Shown here piece after piece: positions 1 through 4,579 of a stretch of DNA of 5,349 nt. The notes beneath the pieces were generated by a model that ran no database searches, had not been told where the DNA came from, and was given only the letters and a program-made list of their open reading frames with translations. Source of the DNA: a virus (taxonomy: Duplodnaviria > Heunggongvirae > Uroviricota > Caudoviricetes). The position numbers and the translations under genes were made by a program. The DNA is taken from the IMG/VR virus record IMGVR_UViG_2684622670_000010, positions 1 to 5,349 of that record. One strand, written 5' to 3'. Every line of letters starts with the position of its first letter. Positions within the stretch are counted from its first letter, which is position 1.

Positions 1-436
1 GTACCGGTTTAACCTCGTCACGGGGCTTTCTGATGGCTGAAAGACGCTTTACAAGCTCGTCCATCGCCTGACTCGATGTATCGATGGTTCCGCTCTGAAT
101 TGGTTCACGCATTTCATCCATGATTTCCAGCACCAGACGGCGGTGATAGTTATCCGCGACCATTCCGGCATATCCCTTCAGGTTTGCGGCGCTCGGGCAG
201 TTTTTGCTGGTCATCAGGATTGACGTGAAATGCTCCTCTCCGCACGCCTCGGCAACCATCAGCGCGTCGATTAGGTTTCTGTTTCTCGCCTGCTTGCGGA
301 TAACCTCGAAGGCTTTCCGGTAGAGCGGAATTGAAAACGCTTCCGGCTCAAGCGTTGCCAGAACGTCACTGGCAATTGGTGTTAATCCACCAATCAGCAG
401 GCCACCGATAACGCTCGCTTCGATATCCTGTTTCAT
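1..436 (-). CDS. DnaB-family replicative helicase, N-terminal part (partial; start codon at 436..434, gene runs off the left edge of the window)
   Basis: Hand translation of the minus strand from ATG 436..434 gives 145 codons with no stop ([34 protein letters not shown]...[34 protein letters not shown]...). The SVIGGLL and KNxPSAAN-x-YA-x-V motifs resemble the N-terminal domain of E. coli DnaB as recalled from memory. The start overlaps the O stop in an ATGA arrangement, and a GGGGGA Shine-Dalgarno lies 4 nt upstream. Position after an O-like gene matches the P22 gene 18 / gene 12 layout. Absent from the ORF track only because it is truncated by the window edge. Confidence 0.75.
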   Translation of the reverse strand, partial: MKQDIEASVIGGLLIGGLTPIASDVLATLEPEAFSIPLYRKAFEVIRKQARNRNLIDALMVAEACGEEHFTSILMTSKNCPSAANLKGYAGMVADNYHRRLVLEIMDEMREPIQSGTIDTSSQAMDELVKRLSAIRKPRDEVKPV

Positions 437-1254
437 GCAATCCCCCTGTCTGCAAACTTCCCTTCCCGAACTCCCGTTAACGAATCTTCCCTCAGCAGGT
501 AATCAAAATCTGCCGTCCAGCCCGTGTCGTTGTCTCCGAAGTAAAACGGCTTGGCCTGATGCACAAACGCCCTGACATACGCTCTGAAACCGTCCACGTT
601 TGGCGTTTTCAGTTGCGGGATGATTTTCTTCAGGCGGCGTTTGCGTTTCTCGTTGACCGCAACAGCGTGTGGCAGTCTGTCACCGACTTCGGTGTTGTAG
701 GCGTTCAGGAAGGATTCGTAGTCGATGCGTTCTGCCTTGCGACGTTCAGGTTTAACCTGCCCATCGCCGCCCCCGTTAGGGGGTAAGGGGGTATTTGTAT
801 TTATTGTCTTTTGTATATTGTCTTTTGTGTTTAGCTGACTTGGCTTATACCCATTAGCCGAGTCGGCTAATGTTTTATTAGCTGTTTTAGCTAATGTTAA
901 GCTGTCCTGGCTAATCCACTGAGAAACCACCTTGTTCACTCCGATTTTCACGCCATCAGCAATGAGGAATTTACGCTCAATAAGCTGGCGCTTGGCAGCG
1001 CAAACATGAGTGTGATGAATACCTGTCATGGCTGCTATCTGCGTGTTTGTGAGTCGATCCATCGGCTTATTGAATCCGTATGTCTTGCGCATGATAGCGA
1101 GCATCACCTTCAACTGCCGGACAGTTAAATCAGCCATCAGCAGACTGTCGGTAATCTCGTTAGCAACGCGCATGAAACCATCTTCGGTATCTGCCACGCG
1201 ATGCTCCACGACCTCCAGTTGAGGCCTGTAATCAGCTAACTTAACGACGCCCAT
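433..1254 (-). CDS. O: Replication initiation protein, lambda O / P22 gp18 family (273 aa)
   Basis: ORF in the supplied track. Residues about 40-75 ([34 protein letters not shown]) match the conserved N-terminal ori-binding region of lambda O as recalled (DLTKRQFKVLLAILRKTYGWNKPMDRIT). Strong SD (AGGAG, 6-nt spacer) before ATG 1254. Iteron repeats and an AT-rich tract lie inside the coding sequence, as in lambda O. Followed by a translationally coupled helicase gene. Confidence 0.9.
   Translation of the reverse strand: MGVVKLADYRPQLEVVEHRVADTEDGFMRVANEITDSLLMADLTVRQLKVMLAIMRKTYGFNKPMDRLTNTQIAAMTGIHHTHVCAAKRQLIERKFLIADGVKIGVNKVVSQWISQDSLTLAKTANKTLADSANGYKPSQLNTKDNIQKTINTNTPLPPNGGGDGQVKPERRKAERIDYESFLNAYNTEVGDRLPHAVAVNEKRKRRLKKIIPQLKTPNVDGFRAYVRAFVHQAKPFYFGDNDTGWTADFDYLLREDSLTGVREGKFADRGIA
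770..830. other. ori flank: AT-rich DNA-unwinding region (792-830) plus a GC-rich palindrome (770-791)
   Basis: 792-830 is almost entirely A/T and holds a 12-bp direct repeat ATTGTCTTTTGT at 803-814 and 817-828. Immediately next to it is CCCCC-gtta-GGGGG (770-783) followed by a second GGGGG (787-791). The order iterons, AT-rich tract, palindrome, read in the O coding direction, matches the lambda ori layout as I recall it. Confidence 0.5.
831..915. repeat. Putative ori iterons: four about-19-bp repeats with internal dyad symmetry
   Basis: Seen directly: TTAGCTGACTTGGCTTATA (831-849), TTAGCCGAGTCGGCTAATG (854-872; core TTAGCCGA-G-TCGGCTAA is a perfect palindrome), TTAGCTGTTTTAGCTAATG (878-896), TTAAGCTGTCCTGGCTAAT (897-915). 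Start spacing is 23, 24 and 19 bp. They lie in the part of O that encodes the inter-domain linker, as the lambda iterons do. Confidence 0.6.
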
Positions 1255-1402
1255 GTTTCACTCCTGCTTTTGCTAGTCTGTAAACACCAACAAGGCGCTC
1301 TGCGAACGCCCTGTTATTTGCTGCGGCTACCACTAATCCCTCAGGTGAATCAGGGTGTCGAATCTCTTCTTTTTCCTGGTATTTCTTACGACGTTTTGTC
1401 AT
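1241..1402 (-). CDS. Hypothetical small basic protein (53 aa) between cII and O
   Basis: Hand translation from ATG 1402..1400: [53 protein letters not shown], stop TAA at 1243..1241. Strong SD: AGGAG, 5-nt spacer, then ATG. The 3' end overlaps the O start by 14 nt. Not in the ORF track (shorter than its apparent cutoff). No recognised homolog, and it overlaps the predicted pO promoter, so it may not be translated. Confidence 0.35.
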   Translation of the reverse strand: MTKRRKKYQEKEEIRHPDSPEGLVVAAANNRAFAERLVGVYRLAKAGVKHGRR

Positions 1403-1411
1403 AATTACTCC

Positions 1412-1488
1412 TGTAGATTGATCCAGTAATTCCCTCAGAATTGCATATCAATTTGCTTAGAGTCCCCGGCGGCCACCGGGGATTTTTT
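1412..1488 (+). ncRNA. oop: oop-like antisense RNA (about 77 nt) overlapping the 3' end of cII
   Basis: Extended -10 promoter on the plus strand (TG-t-CATAAT at 1397-1405) with a predicted start near 1412. Intrinsic terminator at 1464-1488 lies inside the cII coding sequence on the opposite strand. The geometry (about 77 nt, about 53 nt antisense to the cII 3' end, origin in the cII-O interval) matches lambda oop RNA. The -35 is weak and the 5' end is a prediction. Confidence 0.45.
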
Positions 1489-1731
1489 CTTTGTGATTCC
1501 ATCAAGCGCATACTTAAAAGCCCTGCTAATCGGACTGATGTCTGATGCCATTCCGAAAGCACACAAGACCGAAGCAATAAATCTCCAGTCCGTTCTGCTT
1601 ATCTTCGATTCATGACAGCCAATCATCTTTGCCAGACCGCGCTGTGTAAGCGTTGACAGGTTGATGAGTAAATCTGTTTCTGCGCGATCAACGTCGCGCT
1701 GTGATAGTTTGCTGTAACTTGTTTGTTCCAT
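1435..1731 (-). CDS. cII: CII-family transcriptional activator (98 aa; P22 c1 / lambda cII analog)
   Basis: ORF in the track. The HTH segment (GLAKMIGCHESKISRTD) and the C-terminal tail (KKKSPVAAGDSKQIDMQF) parallel lambda CII (recalled ...NKKRPAATERSEQIQMEF). Sits between cro/nutR and the O gene, as in lambdoid phages. Confidence 0.85.
   Translation of the reverse strand: MEQTSYSKLSQRDVDRAETDLLINLSTLTQRGLAKMIGCHESKISRTDWRFIASVLCAFGMASDISPISRAFKYALDGITKKKSPVAAGDSKQIDMQF
1464..1488 (+). terminator. Rho-independent terminator (oop-type) embedded antisense within cII
   Basis: CCCCGG (1464-1469), loop cggcca, CCGGGG (1476-1481), then A and TTTTTT (1483-1488). GC stem plus U-run on the plus strand only. 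Confidence 0.6.
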
Positions 1732-1741
1732 TTCTTACTAT
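1709..1741 (+). promoter_or_regulatory. Candidate PRE (CII-activated promoter for repressor establishment), reading toward cI antisense to cro
   Basis: TTGC (1709-1712), 6 bp, TTGT (1719-1722) resembles the CII site TTGC-N6-TTGC flanking a -35. A -10-like TACTAT (1736-1741) follows at a 17-bp spacing. The cII start codon on the opposite strand (1731..1729) falls in the spacer, as at lambda PRE. The second repeat is imperfect. Confidence 0.35.
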
Positions 1742-1795
1742 TTCCATAGGTAAATAATCACTAATACCCATCTTTCGATGAGCGCTTAATTAGTT

Positions 1796-1830
1796 ACCGC
1801 GTTGTCGGCGGTGCAGATTGATAAAGAGCG
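1796..1830 (-). promoter_or_regulatory. nutR (boxA + boxB N-utilisation site) in the cro-cII intergenic region
   Basis: Minus-strand reading: boxA CGCTCTTTA (1830..1822), 9-nt spacer, boxB ACCGC-CGACAAC-GCGGT (1812..1796), a 5-bp stem with a GACAA-containing loop. As recalled, this matches the P22 nutR boxB (ACCGCCGACAACGCGGU). A rho-dependent tR1 is expected downstream but cannot be seen from sequence. Confidence 0.7.
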
Positions 1831-1837
1831 ATGTTAC

Positions 1838-2065
1838 TTATGCAGCCAGAAGGTTCTTTTTGCTTATTTCAAGCATTTCGCTTGCTTGATATTTGCCACC
1901 AGAAATCTCTTCGATTTTTGATGCATATTTCGTTTTCCCAAAAAACTCAGTCTTAGGGAGGAAGCCGTTTTTAAGCCACTTATAGACAGCCCTTTCGCTA
2001 ACTCCACAAGCCTTCGCAACTTCAGGGATGCCGACACCTTTAATCGGCTCATCAAGATTTTGCAT
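1838..2065 (-). CDS. cro: Cro-like HTH DNA-binding protein (75 aa from ATG 2065; the track ORF extends to an upstream ATG at 2098)
   Basis: Divergent from the repressor gene. HTH-like segment IPEVAKACGVSERAVYKWLKNG. SD AAGGA lies 7-8 nt before ATG 2065; the upstream ATG 2098 has no SD and sits inside the predicted PR -10. Lysine-rich C-terminal tail. No recalled similarity to lambda or P22 Cro, so the call rests on position and the HTH. Confidence 0.7.
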   Translation of the reverse strand: MQNLDEPIKGVGIPEVAKACGVSERAVYKWLKNGFLPKTEFFGKTKYASKIEEISGGKYQASEMLEISKKNLLAA

Positions 2066-2143
2066 AGGAATATCCTTTTTCGTACTTTCAGTACGCATTA
2101 TGATTGAACTGAAAGTTTTTGCAAGTGCTTTAGTATCGTACTC
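2066..2143. promoter_or_regulatory. OR region: divergent PR (toward cro) and PRM (toward cI) with three dyad-symmetric candidate operators
   Basis: PR on the minus strand: -35 TTGCAA (2119-2124), 16-bp spacer, -10 CATAAT (2102..2097). Candidate operators: GTAC-tttca-GTAC (2082-2094), GAAC-tgaaa-GTTT (2106-2118), AGTA-tcg-TACT (2132-2142), with centres 24-25 bp apart. The cI ATG at 2144 has no SD, and a -10-like TAGTAT (2131-2136) would start a leaderless mRNA, as at lambda PRM. Confidence 0.55.
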
Positions 2144-2851
2144 ATGGTTCAGAATGAAAAAGTGCGCAAAGAATTCGCCCAGCGGCTAGCGCAAGCCTGT
2201 AAAGAAGCTGGTCTTGATGAACATGGTAGGGGGATGGCCATAGCCCGTGCCCTTTCTCTTTCGTCCAAAGGCGTTAGCAAATGGTTTAATGCTGAGTCTT
2301 TACCGCGTCAGGAAAAAATGAATGCGCTTGCGAAATTTCTAAACGTTGATGTTGTTTGGCTTCAGCACGGCACTTCGTTAAATGGAGCGAATGATGAAGA
2401 TACTCTTTCATTTGTTGGCAAATTAAAAAAAGGGTTAGTGCGCGTGGTTGGTGAGGCAATTCTTGGTGTTGATGGTGCCATCGAGATGACCGAAGAGCGC
2501 GATGGGTGGCTCAAGATTTATAGCGATGATCCAGATGCCTTTGGTCTTCGTGTGAAAGGAGACAGCATGTGGCCCAGAATAAAATCAGGAGAATATGTAC
2601 TCATTGAGCCTAACACCAAAGTATTCCCGGGTGATGAGGTGTTTGTCAGAACCATCGAAGGACACAACATGATCAAGATTCTTGGCTATGACAGAGACGG
2701 AGAATACCAATTTACAAGCATCAACCAAGACCATAGGCCAATAACGTTGCCTTATCATCAAGTAGCAAAGGTGGAGTATGTGGCTGGTATTCTGAAACAA
2801 TCTCGCCATCTGGATGACATCGAGGCAAGGGAGTGGCTGAGAGATTCCTGA
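2144..2851 (+). CDS. cI: Prophage repressor, CI/LexA family (N-terminal HTH domain + C-terminal S24 peptidase autocleavage domain; 235 aa)
   Basis: ORF in the track. N-terminal HTH (GMAIARALSLSSKGVSKWFNAE). C-terminal S24 catalytic serine motif GDSMWP and a downstream lysine (NMIKIL). Divergent from cro with the operator region between. No leader, consistent with PRM-type expression. Confidence 0.9.
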   Translation: MVQNEKVRKEFAQRLAQACKEAGLDEHGRGMAIARALSLSSKGVSKWFNAESLPRQEKMNALAKFLNVDVVWLQHGTSLNGANDEDTLSFVGKLKKGLVRVVGEAILGVDGAIEMTEERDGWLKIYSDDPDAFGLRVKGDSMWPRIKSGEYVLIEPNTKVFPGDEVFVRTIEGHNMIKILGYDRDGEYQFTSINQDHRPITLPYHQVAKVEYVAGILKQSRHLDDIEAREWLRDS

Positions 2852-2957
2852 CATCAGAGTCATAGAGTGAGTTTTCTAGTTAGAAATAGTGGTCAATGGG
2901 TACGCTTAGGTAAACCGTTTAAACATAATAAACAAGCCATATAAGATGAAATAAATC

Positions 2958-3335
2958 ATGAGCGATAAAGAGTTTAAAGTACTTGATTTTGATGATTTTG
3001 CTCATTATTTGAGCACATTGAACGGCGAACAAATTTGTCCAATGTGTATGGAAGAGTCATGGACGCTTTTCGCCCCAAACAAGCTTCCTCCAGAAGACGA
3101 GGATAGGTATGTAATAAGTTCTATCCCAGGATCACTTATTTCAAGTAAAAAACCTGAAAAATCAAATCTCTTCTTCAGAAGTTACAACAACGATGTCCTC
3201 CTGATGCAATGCAGAAATTGTGGATACATGGCATTTTTTAATTATAAAAAAGTCCAAGAAAACCTTGAATCAGGGGATTATATAAAAAAAGAAGATATAG
3301 ATATGGTGGATGAAAATGACAAATCAGAAGACTGA
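2958..3335 (+). CDS. Hypothetical protein (125 aa) with two CxxC pairs (putative zinc ribbon) and an acidic C-terminus; first gene of the AT-rich cassette after cI
   Basis: ORF in the track. CPMC (residues 27-30) and CRNC (85-88); tail DIDMVDENDKSED. Sampled 60-nt lines give about 25-38% GC against about 52% in cI. Weak SD. Separated from the cI stop by an AT-rich 106-bp spacer. No recognised homolog. Confidence 0.6.
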   Translation: MSDKEFKVLDFDDFAHYLSTLNGEQICPMCMEESWTLFAPNKLPPEDEDRYVISSIPGSLISSKKPEKSNLFFRSYNNDVLLMQCRNCGYMAFFNYKKVQENLESGDYIKKEDIDMVDENDKSED

Positions 3336-3795
3336 TTTCTTCCGTCCAATGGAGTATGATAATAACTATGAGCAATTTGGTGTTATAGAAGCACACAGGA
3401 ATGGTCGTTCTACTCCGTCATATCAGCCAGGCACCATTGGTAAGGATATCCCGGTTATTATTGCGCATAAGTTAAGCGATCAACCAGCAGGGGGTGAGCC
3501 ACAGATGAGCGTAAAATCACTGTCACGTTGGGAGTTTTGGCTAGGGATTTTCACTGCCATTATTGGGATATTTTCCATTGTTGTAGGAGCAACGTGGACA
3601 ATTTCTAATAATATCAATGATAAGATTAATGCATCAAGACAAGAGCTAACTGGGAACATCCAATCCAGTCGAGCAGAAATCACGGCAAGAATTGACAGGC
3701 TCGAAGATAAGATGGAGTCTAATTTCAAAGAAACATCATCGAATCTGTTCAAAATACAGGCAATTCTAGAAGCAAAATCCGACAAAGAAAAATAA
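3316..3795 (+). CDS. Hypothetical single-pass membrane protein (about 159 aa; the track ORF begins at 3310); second gene of the cassette
   Basis: Hydrophobic segment WEFWLGIFTAIIGIFSIVVGATW (about residues 74-96) flanked by K/R on the N-terminal side. C-terminal about 65 residues are polar and heptad-like (ELTGNIQSSRAEITARIDRLEDKMESNF). GGTGGA lies 5 nt before ATG 3316. The start overlaps the upstream gene's stop (3333-3335) by about 20 nt, suggesting translational coupling. About 30-42% GC in sampled lines. Confidence 0.6.
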   Translation: MTNQKTDFFRPMEYDNNYEQFGVIEAHRNGRSTPSYQPGTIGKDIPVIIAHKLSDQPAGGEPQMSVKSLSRWEFWLGIFTAIIGIFSIVVGATWTISNNINDKINASRQELTGNIQSSRAEITARIDRLEDKMESNFKETSSNLFKIQAILEAKSDKEK

Positions 3796-3800
3796 GAAAG

Positions 3801-3827
3801 TCCGGCCTCAGCGCCGGGTTTCCTTTG
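3801..3827 (+). terminator. Rho-independent terminator ending the cI-cassette transcript (tImm-like)
   Basis: UCCGGC (3801-3806), loop cucagc, GCCGGG (3813-3818), then TTTCCTTTG, 6 nt after the stop of the 159-aa gene. The U-tract is interrupted, so predicted strength is moderate. The A-rich 5' flank could allow some bidirectional activity. Confidence 0.5.
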
Positions 3828-3994
3828 CCTAACGATCGCCCTCCCATATTTAATAGCCGCAAATGTGGTAAACCGCGAACCAACTCACCAGCAATACTCC
3901 CTCCAACTACAGACCAATCTGCAGCATTTACAAAAATAAATTTCCTTATATATCAAAATCATATCTCGCTGCATTAATAAATCACAAAAATTTC

Positions 3995-4036
3995 GTACCA
4001 ATAGTTCTTGATAATATCGAACTATTGGTTCATTAT
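3995..4036 (+). promoter_or_regulatory. pL with overlapping OL operators
   Basis: -35 TTGATA (4008-4013), 17-bp spacer, -10 CATTAT (4031-4036), predicted start near 4043. Two dyads of the same type as in OR: GTAC-caata-GTTC (3995-4007) and GAAC-tattg-GTTC (4019-4031), centres 24 bp apart, overlapping -35 and the spacer/-10. A longer 10-bp inverted repeat CCAATAGTTC (3998-4007) / GAACTATTGG (4019-4028) spans the promoter. Confidence 0.5.
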
Positions 4037-4081
4037 CATCACATCAGCAGGACGCTGGAAGCCAAACGGAACAGATTGGCA

Positions 4082-4116
4082 GGCTCTTTAACTTCGATGG
4101 GGCGCTGACAAAGCGC
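4082..4116 (+). promoter_or_regulatory. nutL (boxA-like + boxB) downstream of pL
   Basis: boxA-like GGCTCTTTA (4082-4090), 11-nt spacer, boxB GCGCT-GACAA-AGCGC (4102-4116), a perfect 5-bp stem with a 5-nt loop. As recalled, this is identical to the P22 nutL boxB RNA (GCGCUGACAAAGCGC). Lies about 40 nt after the predicted pL start and about 120 nt before N. Confidence 0.75.
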
Positions 4117-4235
4117 AAACAGATACCAAACGAGATGGGTTTGGCGGTGATGTGAATTGCAGCTGCAACGACAGCAACCAGAAGATCAGCATCTGGCGCA
4201 TCACCACCAAAGCCATTTCACATGAGGAAAACATC

Positions 4236-4571
4236 ATGACGGTAATCGTGTACGGAAAATCAACATTTGCAGGAAATGCCAAAACTCGCCGTCATGAGCG
4301 GCGCAGAAAGCTGGCTATCGAGCGTGATGCCATCTGCAACATCATCGATTCGATCTTCGGCACAGACAGTGAGGAGCCTGTTCAGGAAGCCCCGAGAAAA
4401 CGTTTAAGCCTTTCTGAAAAAGCAATATCACTCGGAAGCCTTCGCTGCAAGAAGGCAGAAGAAGTCGAGCGTAAACAGAACCGTATTTACTACCGCAAGC
4501 CACGCAGTGAAATGGGTGTGACTTGTGTTGGTCGCCAGAAAATGAAATTAGGCAGCAAACCACTTATTTGA
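4236..4571 (+). CDS. N: N-family transcription antiterminator (111 aa) with a P22-type arginine-rich motif
   Basis: Internal ATG 4236 of track ORF 4152..4571, preceded by SD GAGGA with a 7-nt spacer. The N-terminus MTVIVYGKSTFAGNAKTRRHERRRKLAIERD contains GNAKTRRHERRRKLAIER, which I recall as the P22 N boxB-binding peptide. The C-terminus (RIYYRKPRSEMGVTCVGRQKMKLGSKPLI) parallels lambda N as recalled (RTWYSKPGERGITCSGRQKIKGKSIPLI). First gene after pL/nutL. Confidence 0.85.
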   Translation: MTVIVYGKSTFAGNAKTRRHERRRKLAIERDAICNIIDSIFGTDSEEPVQEAPRKRLSLSEKAISLGSLRCKKAEEVERKQNRIYYRKPRSEMGVTCVGRQKMKLGSKPLI

Positions 4572-4579
4572 GGTGATAT

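Noticed and set aside
559-786. 75-aa plus-strand ORF antisense to the O gene
   Set aside because: Entirely inside the well-supported O coding sequence on the opposite strand, with no SD or supporting context; typical antisense artefact.
1028-1222. 64-aa plus-strand ORF antisense to the O gene
   Set aside because: Same reasoning: embedded antisense in O with no independent support.
1386-1577. 63-aa minus-strand ORF overlapping cII in another frame
   Set aside because: Overlaps the conserved cII frame and the oop terminator hairpin. The alternative 53-aa ORF at 1241..1402 has a far better ribosome-binding site.
1864-2055. 63-aa minus-strand ORF in a second frame inside cro
   Set aside because: Alternate frame of the cro gene; no HTH and no SD.
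2066-2098. Upstream ATG (2098) giving the 86-aa version of cro
   Set aside because: No SD, and the codon lies within the predicted PR -10 (2097-2102), upstream of the likely transcript start. ATG 2065 with AAGGA is preferred.
2585-2863. 92-aa minus-strand ORF antisense to the repressor gene
   Set aside because: Lies within the C-terminal peptidase domain of cI on the opposite strand; no support.
2918-2945. Possible independent promoter for the cassette (TTTAAA, 16 bp, TATAAG) in the cI-cassette spacer
   Set aside because: The hexamers are weak, and the implied start would leave too short a leader for the gene at 2958. Expression by readthrough from PRM or PRE is simpler. Left open rather than called.
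3480-3785. 101-aa minus-strand ORF antisense to the membrane-protein gene
   Set aside because: Antisense to a plausible plus-strand gene and opposite to the local operon direction; no SD.
4152-4235. 28-codon N-terminal extension of N from ATG 4152
   Set aside because: The extension overlaps the nutL-to-N leader, lacks an SD, and does not match the N-family N-terminus. ATG 4236 has a good SD and begins with the P22-like MTVIVYGKSTFAGNAKTRR sequence.
4088-4282. 64-aa minus-strand ORF across nutL and the N start
   Set aside because: Antisense to nutL and N; no regulatory context.
4342-4563. 73-aa minus-strand ORF antisense to N
   Set aside because: Embedded antisense in the N coding sequence.
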